From contig CAVVCH010000061.1 of the NCBI GenBank assembly GCA_963746605.1, positions 134,441 through 198,440 on the forward strand: DNA of 64,000 nt. Direction: 5' to 3'. Positions 18,975-28,554 of this stretch are shown here, piece by piece. Within the stretch, counting starts at the first letter, position 1; every line of letters begins with the position of its first letter. The notes beneath the pieces were generated by a model that was not told the DNA's origin, did no database searches, and saw only the letters and a list, made by a program, of their open reading frames with translations. Source of the stretch: an uncultured delta proteobacterium (GTDB lineage: Bacteria > Desulfobacterota > RBG-13-43-22). A program made the translations under genes and the position numbers.

Positions 18975-19720
18975 GTCTGTTGGAAGTCAAAGAGGTCACC
19001 AAGGATTTCGGCGGACTGCGGGCCAATGACCGCGTTTCTTTCCGGGTGGAAAGCGGAGAAGTCATGGGTCTGATCGGCCCCAACGGGGCTGGAAAGACCA
19101 CCCTGTTCAACTGCATTGCCGGTTTTCACAGCCCGAGCGAAGGAACTATTTTTTTTGACGGCCGGGACATTACCCGGCTGAAGGATTTTGAGGTAGCCCG
19201 TCTGGGACTGGCCCGCACCTTCCAGGTCTACACCGCCGCCGGGGATCTGAATGTGCTGGAAAACATCATGATCGGCGTTTTTCTGAAGACCCGGTCCAGG
19301 AATGAGGCCCTCCGCAAGAGCCGGGAGATCATGGCTTTCATGGGCATCGAGGCCCAGGGGAAGAGCCTGATGGCCGAACTGCCGGTGGCCGCCCAGAAAA
19401 GAGTGACCCTGGCCACCACCCTGGCCGCGGATCCCAAAATGATCCTGCTCGACGAAGTGGCCGCCGGTCTCAACCCCTCCGAGATCGAAGAATTTATCGG
19501 CCTGCTGGAAGATATCAACCGGAAAAGGGGGATCACCCTGCTGCTCACCGAACATGTGATGGAGTTGGTCATGCGCCTGAGCCATCGGGTCGTCGTTCTG
19601 GAGAGCGGCCGGAAGATCGCGGAAGGGGAACCCGGGGAAGTGGTCAAAAGCGAGGCCGTGATCAAGGCCTACCTGGGGGAAAGCTACGTCAATAGAAAGA
19701 CGCAGAGCGCGGGGCGCTGA
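18971..19720 (+). CDS. livG: ABC transporter ATP-binding protein (LivG-like)
   Basis: Walker A GPNGAGKTT, an ABC signature region and Walker B ILLDEVAAG. Confidence 0.85.
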   Translation: MSLLEVKEVTKDFGGLRANDRVSFRVESGEVMGLIGPNGAGKTTLFNCIAGFHSPSEGTIFFDGRDITRLKDFEVARLGLARTFQVYTAAGDLNVLENIMIGVFLKTRSRNEALRKSREIMAFMGIEAQGKSLMAELPVAAQKRVTLATTLAADPKMILLDEVAAGLNPSEIEEFIGLLEDINRKRGITLLLTEHVMELVMRLSHRVVVLESGRKIAEGEPGEVVKSEAVIKAYLGESYVNRKTQSAGR

Positions 19721-19862
19721 GCGCTGGAAAAGATGGAAGAGGGAAGATGGAAGAGGGAAGAAAAAACCGACCCCTGACGCGGGTCGAAGTTCAGTTGGTA
19801 ACGGTTAACGGGTTATTGGCGCTACGCGATCTGCGCTCTGTGCATTACGCTCTGCCGATATT

Positions 19863-20567
19863 ATGCTGGAAGTACAAAACATAGAGGTCCGCTATTCCGG
19901 TCTGCCGGTGATCCAGGATATTTCCCTGAACGTCAGGGAAGGGGAGCTGGTTTCCGTGGTGGGGGGAAATGGGGCCGGCAAATCCACTCTGTTCAAGGCC
20001 ATTATGGGGGTCTTGAGGCCCACTCGGGGAGAGATCACCTTCCGGGGCGAGACGGTGTCCGGGAAGACCACGGCGGAAATAGTTCGTCGAGGGGTCGTCT
20101 GTATCCCGGAGGACCGGAAACTTTTCCGTCCCCTTTCGGTGGAAGAAAACCTGCACCTGGGTGCTTATATTCTCAAGGATCGGCATCAGCACCTGACCTT
20201 GATGGAGGAAGTCTTCGCCCTTTTCCCCCGCCTGAAGGAACGGCGCCGTCAGCCGGCGGCCACCCTGTCCGGCGGGGAACAGCAGATGCTGGCCATCGGG
20301 CGGGGACTCATGGCCGATCCGAAACTTCTGCTCCTGGATGAACCTTCCCTGGGGCTGGCCCCTTTATTGGTGGACGAGGTCTTCAAAGTGGTTAAGAAAC
20401 TGAAGGAGCGGGGCATGACCATTCTGCTGGTGGAACAAAATGTCCGGGAGGCCCTGGAGATATGCAGCCGGGGTTATATCCTGCAAACCGGGAGGATCGT
20501 TCAGGAAGGGACCGGAACCGAACTTCTTCAAAGCAACGCCGTCCGGAAGGCTTTTCTGGGGTTATAG
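19863..20567 (+). CDS. livF: ABC transporter ATP-binding protein (LivF-like)
   Basis: Walker A GGNGAGKST, signature LSGGEQQMLAIGRGL and Walker B LLLLDEPS. Confidence 0.85.
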   Translation: MLEVQNIEVRYSGLPVIQDISLNVREGELVSVVGGNGAGKSTLFKAIMGVLRPTRGEITFRGETVSGKTTAEIVRRGVVCIPEDRKLFRPLSVEENLHLGAYILKDRHQHLTLMEEVFALFPRLKERRRQPAATLSGGEQQMLAIGRGLMADPKLLLLDEPSLGLAPLLVDEVFKVVKKLKERGMTILLVEQNVREALEICSRGYILQTGRIVQEGTGTELLQSNAVRKAFLGL

Positions 20568-20577
20568 GGGGCGGGGT

Positions 20578-21258
20578 TTGGAATACGAGGCCCCTAAAAT
20601 CCTTCTCTGCGGCGACCAGGCTGTGAGCGTTGAATTCGGGGACAGCATCGACCCGAAAATAAACCGCAAGGTTCTTCAGTTTTTTGAACGGCTCCGCTCC
20701 CGACCTGTCCCCGGGATCAAGGATCTGATACCCAGTTATCGATCCCTCCTGGTTCAGTATGACCCGCTGAATCTCTCCGCCGAGACGTTGGTGAAGAGCC
20801 TCAGGAAGGAGCTGGCCGGCATAGGGCCGGCGATTTCCGAAACGGGACGGACGATCACGATTCCGGTTTACTACGGCGGATCCTTCGGACCGGACCTGGC
20901 GGAGGTGGCCGAGTACCATGGAATGACCCCGGCGGAAGTCATCGCCCTTCATGCGGCAGTCACGTATCGGGTCTACATGATCGGGTTCAGTCCGGGCTTT
21001 CCTTTTCTAGGGGGGTTGGATCCCCGCCTGTATACGCCCAGAAAAAAAACTCCCCGGGAAAAAGTGCCGGCCGGCAGTGTGGGTATTGCCAATCAGCAAA
21101 CCGGCATCTATTCTCTGGACAGTCCCGGAGGCTGGCGATTGATCGGCCGGACACCGATAAAACTCTTCGATCTTTCCAGGGAAGAACCGTTGCTCCTCGG
21201 GGTCGGCGACCGGGTTCTTTTCCAACCGATTACGGAAAAAGAATTTGACGACGATTAG
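20578..21258 (+). CDS. pxpB: 5-oxoprolinase subunit B (PxpB / KipI / allophanate hydrolase subunit 1 family)
   Basis: KILLCGDQAVSVEFGDSIDP... IPVYYGG...GFSPGFPFLGGLD is characteristic of PxpB. Probable TTG start at 20578 just after livF. Confidence 0.7.
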   Translation: MEYEAPKILLCGDQAVSVEFGDSIDPKINRKVLQFFERLRSRPVPGIKDLIPSYRSLLVQYDPLNLSAETLVKSLRKELAGIGPAISETGRTITIPVYYGGSFGPDLAEVAEYHGMTPAEVIALHAAVTYRVYMIGFSPGFPFLGGLDPRLYTPRKKTPREKVPAGSVGIANQQTGIYSLDSPGGWRLIGRTPIKLFDLSREEPLLLGVGDRVLFQPITEKEFDDD

Positions 21259-22186
21259 GATCATCAAGCCCGGTCCCTTGACGACCGTCCAGGATTTAGG
21301 CCGGGTGGGATACCAGGATCGGGGCGTGCCGGTCTCCGGGGCCGTCGATTCATACGCCCTGCGGCTGGGTAATCTGATCGTCGGCAACCGGGAAGGCGAG
21401 GCGGCTCTGGAAATTACCCTGGGGGGATTTGAGGTTGAATTTGTTCAGGAGGTTGCTTTTGCCTTGACCGGGGCTGAATCCGCCGCCCGGTTAAACGGGG
21501 AGGACGTTTCCTTCTGGAGAAGGATTGCCGCTTCCAAGGGAGACCGGTTATTCATCGACCACAGCCGGACCGGGGCCCGGGTCTACCTGGCTCTGGCCGG
21601 AGGGATCGCTGTTCCTTTGGTCATGGGCAGCAAATCGACCTACCTTCGCGGTGGGTTCGGAGGATACCAGGGGAGGGCTTTGCGGAAGGGAGATCGCTTG
21701 CATTGCGGACCGGCACGGGAGGCCTTCATTCGTGAAATTCCTCTCGGATTAAGGCCGGCACCCTCAGGCCACCCTACCTTGCGCGTGGTGCTGGGACCCC
21801 AGGACGAAGAAATTACGGACGAAGGACTTTTGACGTTCCGGTCTTCCCCCTATGTCCTGACCAGGCAGATGGATCGCATGGGTTGCCGGCTTGAAGGTCC
21901 AAGGATAACCCATCGGAGAGGCGCGGATATCATTTCCGACGGTACCAGCTTCGGCTCCATCCAGATCCCTGGAGACGGTCAGCCCATCATTCTCTTAGCC
22001 GACCGCCAGACCACGGGGGGCTACGTGAAGATTGGCTCGGTCATCGCCGCGGACTGGCCTCTGATCGCCCAGGCCTTGCCCGGCCGGGTCGTTCGTTTTC
22101 AGACCGTCGGGCTGGAAGAAGCCCAGGAAAGCTATTTTCAAAGAGAATCTGCCCTGACCCGCTTTCTAACGTCATTAGGTGATTGA
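21245..22186 (+). CDS. pxpC: 5-oxoprolinase subunit C (PxpC / KipA / allophanate hydrolase subunit 2 family)
   Basis: IKPGPLTTVQDLGRVGYQDRGVPVSGAVD and DRQTTGGYVKIGSVIAADW motifs. Overlaps the pxpB end. Confidence 0.75.
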   Translation: MTTIRIIKPGPLTTVQDLGRVGYQDRGVPVSGAVDSYALRLGNLIVGNREGEAALEITLGGFEVEFVQEVAFALTGAESAARLNGEDVSFWRRIAASKGDRLFIDHSRTGARVYLALAGGIAVPLVMGSKSTYLRGGFGGYQGRALRKGDRLHCGPAREAFIREIPLGLRPAPSGHPTLRVVLGPQDEEITDEGLLTFRSSPYVLTRQMDRMGCRLEGPRITHRRGADIISDGTSFGSIQIPGDGQPIILLADRQTTGGYVKIGSVIAADWPLIAQALPGRVVRFQTVGLEEAQESYFQRESALTRFLTSLGD

Positions 22187-22279
22187 CCTTTGATCGGTTT
22201 GAGGGCATATTAGGGAATATTGGCCCGAGGTTCAGGGCCGGCTATTCTTTACGAAAGAACAGGAGTGAGAGAAACGGCG

Positions 22280-22489
22280 ATGGTGGATATCAAATTGCTT
22301 GAAAAAGTCTTGAAGGAGTTTGAGCAGGAGAATGAAGAGGATCCGATCGAGGATCCCGAATACATCAAAGGGATTAATTTTATTGCCGATGAAATGCGGA
22401 CCCTGGACGAAAACTATTTCGCCAAGGGAATCATTGATTTCATTCGCGAGTATGACCGACGAAGGAAAAAAAAGATGGGAAAGTCTTGA
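22280..22489 (+). CDS. small acidic hypothetical protein (70 aa)
   Basis: MVDIKLLEKVLKEFEQENEEDP... with RBS AGGAGTGAG. Heads a tightly spaced four-gene group. Confidence 0.4.
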   Translation: MVDIKLLEKVLKEFEQENEEDPIEDPEYIKGINFIADEMRTLDENYFAKGIIDFIREYDRRRKKKMGKS

Positions 22490-22527
22490 TTGCAATTTCC
22501 AAATAATACATAAAAAGGAGTTTTGAA

Positions 22528-22908
22528 ATGAGAATAGCTTTTCCGGTAACGGAAGATCGAGGAATGGAAAGTCCGGTCTATGGGCATTTTGGTTCAGCCC
22601 CCCTCTTTATGGTAGTCGACAGCGCCAATGGCACACTCGAACCCATCGGAAATACGGATGCCCATCATGCCCACGGGCAATGCCAGCCGATCAAGGCCTT
22701 GGGGGGGACCCCCGTGGACCTGGTCGTGGTGGGTGGAATCGGCGGCGGAGCCCTGATGAAGCTCCAGGGATTGGGAATAAAGGTTTTCAGGGCCGTGGAA
22801 GGCAGCGTGATGGAAAACCTGGAACTGCTCAAATCCGGCCAATTGCCCGAGTTCGCTGTGAATATGACCTGTGCCGGACACCAGGGCGGCCAGGGCTGCC
22901 ATCACTAA
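22528..22908 (+). CDS. NifX/NifB-like protein (dinitrogenase FeMo-cofactor biosynthesis domain, PF02579)
   Basis: 126 aa, MRIAFPVTEDRG...VYGHFGSAPLFMVVD...VDLVVVGGIGGGALMKL is the canonical fold signature. Confidence 0.65.
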   Translation: MRIAFPVTEDRGMESPVYGHFGSAPLFMVVDSANGTLEPIGNTDAHHAHGQCQPIKALGGTPVDLVVVGGIGGGALMKLQGLGIKVFRAVEGSVMENLELLKSGQLPEFAVNMTCAGHQGGQGCHH

Positions 22909-22922
22909 AAGGGAGGGGCGCC

Positions 22923-23351
22923 ATGGAGCAGGAGGAGATGACCCCTCCGCTTGATTTATCAAGCATTCGGGAAATGTTGCGTAGCTCGGGGTATGCTGAA
23001 AGAGCGATTGATTATTACCTGACCAAGCCCAATCAGGGTCCCCTGGAGGACGCCGACCAGATTTCCGAATTGACCGGTCCTTGCGGGGACACCATGAAAT
23101 GCTATCTGAAAGTGGATCAGGGAATCATCCGGGAAGCCAGGTTTCAGGTTTTGGGTTGCCCGGGGGCGATTTCCGCGGCCATGGCCTTGGCCGACCTGGT
23201 CAAAGGGAAAGCCTTCAAAAAAGCCCTGGAGGTCAAAGACGGGGACGTCTTCAGGGAGTTGGTCCAGATTCCCGACCAGAAACAGCATTGCATCCGCTTG
23301 GCGGTCAAAACTCTGGAAAAGGCCATTACGGAATTTAACGATAAGCAATAA
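22923..23351 (+). CDS. NifU/IscU-like Fe-S cluster assembly scaffold domain protein
   Basis: Three conserved scaffold Cys (GPCGDTM, LGCPGAISAAM, QKQHCIRLAVKTLEKA). ATG at 22923 begins MEQEEMT. Confidence 0.6.
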   Translation: MEQEEMTPPLDLSSIREMLRSSGYAERAIDYYLTKPNQGPLEDADQISELTGPCGDTMKCYLKVDQGIIREARFQVLGCPGAISAAMALADLVKGKAFKKALEVKDGDVFRELVQIPDQKQHCIRLAVKTLEKAITEFNDKQ

Positions 23352-23362
23352 GGAGAAAAACC

Positions 23363-23617
23363 ATGCCCTTGTTTGATTTCCTCTGTCTGGATTGCGGGAG
23401 GGTCCATGAAATGCTGGTGATCGGTTCCAGCGAAGAACCGGGGTGCCCTGAATGCGGGAGCAAACACCTGAAGCGGATGCTTTCCGCCCCCTCCTCCTTA
23501 TCCGGGGTTGCCCAGCACGGCCTGCCTGGGTCAAAGGATACGGCTTGCTGTGGATCGGCCCCTGGCCAGGGAGCGGGCTGTGCCGGCCCAGGGAGCTGTT
23601 GCGGCCACGGTCACTAA
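23363..23617 (+). CDS. FmdB-family zinc-ribbon protein with a Cys/Gly-rich C-terminal tail
   Basis: N-terminal CLDCG...CPECG zinc ribbon. Tail is DTACCGSAPGQGAGCAGPGSCCGHGH. Confidence 0.65.
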   Translation: MPLFDFLCLDCGRVHEMLVIGSSEEPGCPECGSKHLKRMLSAPSSLSGVAQHGLPGSKDTACCGSAPGQGAGCAGPGSCCGHGH

Positions 23618-23654
23618 GGGGACTCCTCTCTAATCCGGCAATCTCTATTCAGGA

Positions 23655-23683
23655 TTGACGGGAACCAGCGCCTTGAAAATAAT
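23655..23683 (+). promoter_or_regulatory. putative sigma70 promoter for yebC (TTGACG, 17 nt, AATAAT)
   Basis: TTGACG 23655-23660 and AATAAT 23678-23683, followed by RBS GGAGGTGG. Confidence 0.3.
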
Positions 23684-23696
23684 GTAGGAGGTGGCT

Positions 23697-24443
23697 ATGT
23701 CTGGGCACTCTAAGTGGAGTACGATTAAACGGAAAAAAGGCGCCGCCGATGCCAAGCGGGGAAAGGTATTTTCCAAACTGATCAAGGAAATTACCGTGTC
23801 GGCTCGCATGGGGGGTGGAGACCAGAGTGGGAATCCTCGCCTGCGGGCAGCCATTCTGGCCGCCAAGGCGGAAAACATGCCCAAGGATAATATCGACCGG
23901 GCCATAAAGAAAGGCACCGGAGATTTGGAGGGGGCGGCTTACGAAGAAACCGTCTATGAGGGCTATGGGCCGGGTGGGGTGGCGATTTTGGTTCAAGTAT
24001 TGACCGACAATAAAAATCGTACGGTTTCCGATGTGAGACATATTTTTACTAAAAACGGGGGCAATATGGGCGAGGCCGGCTCCGTGGCCTGGCTTTTCGA
24101 TAAGAAGGGCTTCGTGGTCTTCGACAAGGGAAAGGTGGATGAAGAGGCCTTAATGGAATGGGCCCTGGAGGCCGGAGTGGAGGATGTGCGGGAACAGGAA
24201 AACGAGTGGGAAGTGATCACGTCGCCGGAAATTTTTGAACAGGTGCGCACGGCTATGGAAGAAAAAAAGTGGATCCCGCAAGTTGCCGAAGTAACCATGC
24301 TGCCCAAGAATACCATTACCCTGGAGGCCAAACAGGCGGAGCAGATGCTGCGCATGATGGAGGCCCTGGAAGATCACGAAGATGTTCAAAATGTGTACGC
24401 CAATTTTGATATCCCCGATCAGGTCATGGAGGCCCTAGGCTGA
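23697..24443 (+). CDS. yebC: YebC/PmpR-family transcriptional regulatory protein
   Basis: [32 protein letters not shown] is the invariant YebC N-terminus. Confidence 0.9.
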   Translation: MSGHSKWSTIKRKKGAADAKRGKVFSKLIKEITVSARMGGGDQSGNPRLRAAILAAKAENMPKDNIDRAIKKGTGDLEGAAYEETVYEGYGPGGVAILVQVLTDNKNRTVSDVRHIFTKNGGNMGEAGSVAWLFDKKGFVVFDKGKVDEEALMEWALEAGVEDVREQENEWEVITSPEIFEQVRTAMEEKKWIPQVAEVTMLPKNTITLEAKQAEQMLRMMEALEDHEDVQNVYANFDIPDQVMEALG

Positions 24444-24446
24444 TTC

Positions 24447-24938
24447 ATGGGCGTTCGGCAACCGGGGCGGACCTTGGGGATCGACCCGGGATCACAAGTC
24501 ACCGGGGTGGGGATTCTGGAAAGAGACGGATCTCGGTTTCGGCATATTTACAGCGACGCCATCCGCCTTACGCCCTTGCCGACCCTGGTCCTGCGGTTGG
24601 AAAAAATACATCACCGGCTGAAGGAAATTATCGGGGAATTCCGACCCACCGAGATGGCGGTGGAAAAAGTATTCTTATCCAAAAACGTGCATAGCGCCCT
24701 GATCCTCGGGCATGTCCGCGGGGTGGCCCTGCTTTCAGCCGTGGAAGCGGGACTGGAACTTTTTGAATATAGCGCCCTGGAGATCAAGAAGGCGGTCACC
24801 GGCTATGGCCGGGCGGAAAAAACGCAAGTCCACTCCATGGTCGGAAATTTATTGGGACTGACGCTTCCTCGAAACCGGGACATCTCCGATGCCCTGGCCG
24901 TGGCCATCTGCCATCTGAATTGGTTCCGACCCCTCTGA
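24447..24938 (+). CDS. ruvC: Holliday junction resolvase RuvC
   Basis: LGIDPGSQVTGVGI...EMAVEKVFLSKNVHSALILGHVRG...DALAVAICH carry the catalytic Asp/Glu/His residues. Confidence 0.85.
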   Translation: MGVRQPGRTLGIDPGSQVTGVGILERDGSRFRHIYSDAIRLTPLPTLVLRLEKIHHRLKEIIGEFRPTEMAVEKVFLSKNVHSALILGHVRGVALLSAVEAGLELFEYSALEIKKAVTGYGRAEKTQVHSMVGNLLGLTLPRNRDISDALAVAICHLNWFRPL

Positions 24939-24954
24939 CACCGGAGCCTATCGA

Positions 24955-25554
24955 ATGATTGCCTTTCTGACCGGCCAATTGCGGTTCAAATCCCCTGAAT
25001 ACAGCATCATCGATGTGCAGGGCGTCGGCTATCAAGTGGTCTTGCCGTTATCTTCTTTTTATGAATTGCCCCCTTTGAAAGAAGAAATTCAGTTGCACAT
25101 CTATACCCACGTTCGGGAAGATGCGCTTAGCCTGTTCGGCTTTTTGACTCTTTTGGAAAAAAAGCTATTTCTATTGCTTCTGGAAGTGACCGGGGTCGGC
25201 GCCAAAGTGGCCTTGAATATCCTCTCCGGCATTTCGGCGCCGGAGCTTTATCAGGCCTTGGCGACGGCCGACAGCCAACGGGTCCAGCGTGTTCCCGGCG
25301 TGGGCAAAAAAACGTCCGAACGGATCATCCTGGAGCTGAAGGACCGGGTCAAAAAGATTGAAATAGCGGCCCCACCGCCGCCCGAGAAGGGAACGTGGGA
25401 CCGGACTTGGGAAGATGCCCTTTCGGCCTTGCTCAACCTGGGCTATGGTCGTCCCCTGGCCGAAAAGGCCCTCGAATCCATCCGCCGGGATTCGGACCCT
25501 GGAATGACCCTGGAAGAACTGCTGCGCCGAAGTTTACGGTCTTTGTCGCAATGA
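24955..25554 (+). CDS. ruvA: Holliday junction DNA helicase subunit RuvA
   Basis: MIAFLTGQL...[10 protein letters not shown] and a helix-hairpin-helix region ([18 protein letters not shown]). Confidence 0.85.
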   Translation: MIAFLTGQLRFKSPEYSIIDVQGVGYQVVLPLSSFYELPPLKEEIQLHIYTHVREDALSLFGFLTLLEKKLFLLLLEVTGVGAKVALNILSGISAPELYQALATADSQRVQRVPGVGKKTSERIILELKDRVKKIEIAAPPPPEKGTWDRTWEDALSALLNLGYGRPLAEKALESIRRDSDPGMTLEELLRRSLRSLSQ

Positions 25555-26606
25555 CGACTCCTCGCCTGCTGGATCTCGAGAACCTGGAAGGGGAAATGCA
25601 GCTCGAAGTCGGGTTGCGGCCCCGGAGCCTGGACGAGTTTATCGGGCAGAGCACGGTAAAAGAAAATCTGCGGATTTTCATCGAAGCCGCCAAGGCCCGC
25701 TCCGAGGCGCTGGATCACGTCTTGGTCCACGGTTTTCCGGGGTTGGGCAAGACAACCTTGGCCTATATTATTTCCCAGGAATTGCAGGTCAACCTGAAGA
25801 CCACCTCCGGTCCGGTTATCGAGCGGCCGGGCGACCTGGCGGCCCTGCTGACCAATCTGCAACCCAAGGAAGTCTTATTTATCGACGAAATCCATCGGCT
25901 CAACCACGTGGTCGAAGAGATTTTGTATCCGGCCATGGAAGATTTTCAATTGGATCTCCTGATCGGGCAAGGACCCAGCGCCCGGTCCGTCAAACTGGAC
26001 CTGCCCAAGTTCACCCTGGTGGGGGCCACCACCAGGGCCGGTCTGTTGACCCCGCCGCTGCGCGATCGTTTTGGGGTCATCCTGCGGGTGGATTTTTATT
26101 CGCCGGAAGAATTGCGGATTATCCTGACCCGCTCGGCGGCCATCATGAAGATCGCCGCGGACGACGAAGGGCTGTTGGAGATCGCCCGACGCTCCCGAGG
26201 GACGCCGCGGGTGGCGAATCGCTTGCTGCGGCGGGTCCGGGATTTTGCCCAGGTCAGGGCGGACGGCCGCATCTCGCTGCCCGTGGCCCAGGAGGCCCTG
26301 CAGATGCTGGAAGTGGATCGTTTGGGGCTGGACCGAATGGATCGGAAGATTTTGTTGACCATCATGGAGAAATTCAGCGGCGGTCCGGTGGGGGTAGACG
26401 CCCTTTCCGTGGGCCTGTCTGAAGAAAGGGATACCTTGGAGGACGTGTACGAACCCTTCCTCATTCAACTGGGTTTTTTGAACCGGACCCCCCGAGGCCG
26501 CATGGCCACCCCTTTAGCCTATAGACATTTTGGGAAAAAGGCGCCCGCGGAGATTCAGGGACTTCTGTTTGAGCCCGAGGAGGAAGAGCGTTCCGTGACG
26601 TTCTAG
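25551..26606 (+). CDS. ruvB: Holliday junction DNA helicase RuvB
   Basis: AAA+ Walker [12 protein letters not shown] and Walker [10 protein letters not shown], plus the conserved RuvB C-terminus. Start MTTPRLL overlaps the ruvA stop. Confidence 0.9.
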   Translation: MTTPRLLDLENLEGEMQLEVGLRPRSLDEFIGQSTVKENLRIFIEAAKARSEALDHVLVHGFPGLGKTTLAYIISQELQVNLKTTSGPVIERPGDLAALLTNLQPKEVLFIDEIHRLNHVVEEILYPAMEDFQLDLLIGQGPSARSVKLDLPKFTLVGATTRAGLLTPPLRDRFGVILRVDFYSPEELRIILTRSAAIMKIAADDEGLLEIARRSRGTPRVANRLLRRVRDFAQVRADGRISLPVAQEALQMLEVDRLGLDRMDRKILLTIMEKFSGGPVGVDALSVGLSEERDTLEDVYEPFLIQLGFLNRTPRGRMATPLAYRHFGKKAPAEIQGLLFEPEEEERSVTF

Positions 26607-26644
26607 AAAACGGCAGAAACGATGACGGTACAGGGAGAAGGCTT

Positions 26645-27442
26645 ATGCGTTCGCTGGCGGTGTTCAGTTTAAAAGGAGGGACCGGAAAGACTACCTTAAG
26701 CAGTTCCCTAGGCTGGATTTTAGCCGAAGAGGGGCTCCGGGTGCTGTTGGTCGATCTGGACCCTCAGGGACATCTGACGCATTATCTAAAAGCCGGGCCC
26801 GCTAAAAACCAGCCGACCCTTTTTCAGGCGTTGATTCATGACCAACCGCTCAGCGGGGCCGTGGTCTCCACGGAGCATCCGGGGTTGCACCTGCTGCCGG
26901 CCAGTGAAGAAAACCTGTATTTAAACGAGGCCCTGTTTTCCAGACCCTGGAAGGAATGGAAATTAAAGGATGCCCTGGAAGCCGCTCAGCCCTTTCCTTA
27001 TGATTTGGTCCTGATGGACGTGGGGGGCAATTTGAACCTGATTACCTACAATGCCCTGATGGCGGCCAACGCCCTGGTGATCCCCGTGTTGCCCGACCTG
27101 TTTTCCTACCTGAGTCTGAAGACCCTGTTTGCCTTCCTGAAAAAAACCGGTGACCAGTACCAGGTTGCTTTTCAAATGATCTGGGTCCTGATCAATAAAA
27201 TCAACAACCACCGTCCCCTGGACCGGGAAAACCGGGACGCTTTACAGAAATATTACGGCAAGTTTTTAATGCCCGAAATGGTTCGAGAGGACCCTAAATT
27301 GGTTCAGGCCCTGCGCCTTCAGGAGCCGATTACCCGATACGCCCCCGAGTCCATTGCGGCCCGGGACTTAAAGAAGGTGGCGCGATTCATTCAAAAAGCC
27401 TTTCTGGGCGTCGGTTCGCAACAAGACAATGAGACGGATTGA
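26645..27442 (+). CDS. ParA/MinD-family P-loop ATPase (orphan; no ParB seen)
   Basis: Deviant Walker A KGGTGKTT and a ParA-like length of 265 aa. Confidence 0.75.
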   Translation: MRSLAVFSLKGGTGKTTLSSSLGWILAEEGLRVLLVDLDPQGHLTHYLKAGPAKNQPTLFQALIHDQPLSGAVVSTEHPGLHLLPASEENLYLNEALFSRPWKEWKLKDALEAAQPFPYDLVLMDVGGNLNLITYNALMAANALVIPVLPDLFSYLSLKTLFAFLKKTGDQYQVAFQMIWVLINKINNHRPLDRENRDALQKYYGKFLMPEMVREDPKLVQALRLQEPITRYAPESIAARDLKKVARFIQKAFLGVGSQQDNETD

Positions 27443-27515
27443 GCCTAAAGGACTTTATTCCGGATTCCAATTCCAGAATTCCAACCCTACACTATCTTGA
27501 TAAGGAGGACCTTTC

Positions 27516-27810
27516 ATGGACGATGTGTATAAAAACAATGCCCCCCGGGAATTCCCAACCCTCAAGCCCAACCGGAAATCAAGGAGAAAAAAGCCGTCAG
27601 GCTGGAGACGATGAAAGTCTCCGAGCTTAAGGAAACAGTGTCCCGCTGGAAGAAGGATATCCTGGACCGTATTCAGTTTCTGAAGGAGAATTATGACCAG
27701 GCTCTACAGGACAAGGGAGCGTTGACTTGGAGGTGGATAAGTGGAAGGCCGAACTGACCGCTTCGGAATTCCGGGTCCAGGAACTGGAAAGACAATCGTG
27801 GCCGAGGTGA
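27516..27810 (+). pseudogene. decayed coiled-coil ORF readable only across three frames (…EIKEKKAVRLETMKVSELKETVSRWKKDILDRIQFLKENYDQALQDKGALT / LEVDKWKAELTASEFRVQELERQSWPR)
   Basis: A protein-like heptad sequence is split by at least two frameshifts. No intact ORF longer than 50 aa. Confidence 0.3.
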
Positions 27811-27939
27811 TGGAAGACCTATAAAGTAATTTACTCAAGGGAGGTAACGCCGGCGCCTTGCTTCAAGGAAGTAGTACCGGCGCTTTGCAGAGATTACGAT
27901 TGCAGGCGGCGTTCCAGAATGGGGTGCAGGATTATCGAT

Positions 27940-28040
27940 TCTTACACCCTCCGTCCAGCGCCGAATTCGGTGATGTCAGGGACGACCACGTCGCTGTGCA
28001 GGGAGCGGCTAATCCGCTATGGTTGGTCTTGGTCGATTCC
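27940..28040 (-). pseudogene. acyl-CoA dehydrogenase gene fragment (~35 codons), paralogous to the N-terminal region of the ACAD at 29219..30361, with an internal frameshift
   Basis: ~80% nucleotide identity to 30061-30130. Encodes ...TKTNHSGLAAP then, in another frame, LHSDVVVPDITEFG, against ACAD TKTNHSGLAAPLHSDVVVPYLTEFG. Confidence 0.5.
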
Positions 28041-28554
28041 GGTGGATGGAAAGCCAGGGGTAAGGGGAGGTTGAAAATGGAATGTTTATCCTGATACTTA
28101 AGGTGGTTCGTCTGGCAATATAAGCCCCCATCAATATTATTGTGGTGCCGACGGCTGAGCCAACCAGGCCATTGGACCGCGATGGTGCGCACATGGGCCT
28201 TGGCCCGGCACGCTCGGGCCATGGTCAACCGATTGACGTCTCGTCCAAAGACAGAGGAGGTGCGGATGATTACCGTATTACAGGATACTGCAAAGCCAAA
28301 CTCGGACGAAGGCAGATCTATGAGCACCGCGAAGAAGACGAGGTACAGGATTGGCTCGGAAGACGCGGCTTCAAGACGGGACCAGTAGATTGGCACTGGA
28401 AGATACAGCTGAATGGATTCAAGAGTTCAGCGATCTATGGAACCGAGAATCAGGGGCTAGGTCCTGAAAGAGGAGCGCAATGGCAACAAGCCAATCCGGC
28501 CGACTCCGACCAATATTGATGATTTTCTCGTTGGATTTCAGAAAGAATGAACCG

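Noticed and set aside
27439-28519. ORFs 27439..27630, 27858..28094, 28140..28388 and 28142..28519 as real genes
   Set aside because: No RBS or motif support. They overlap each other or an ACAD-fragment antisense. They are treated as part of the decay zone rather than as CDS.
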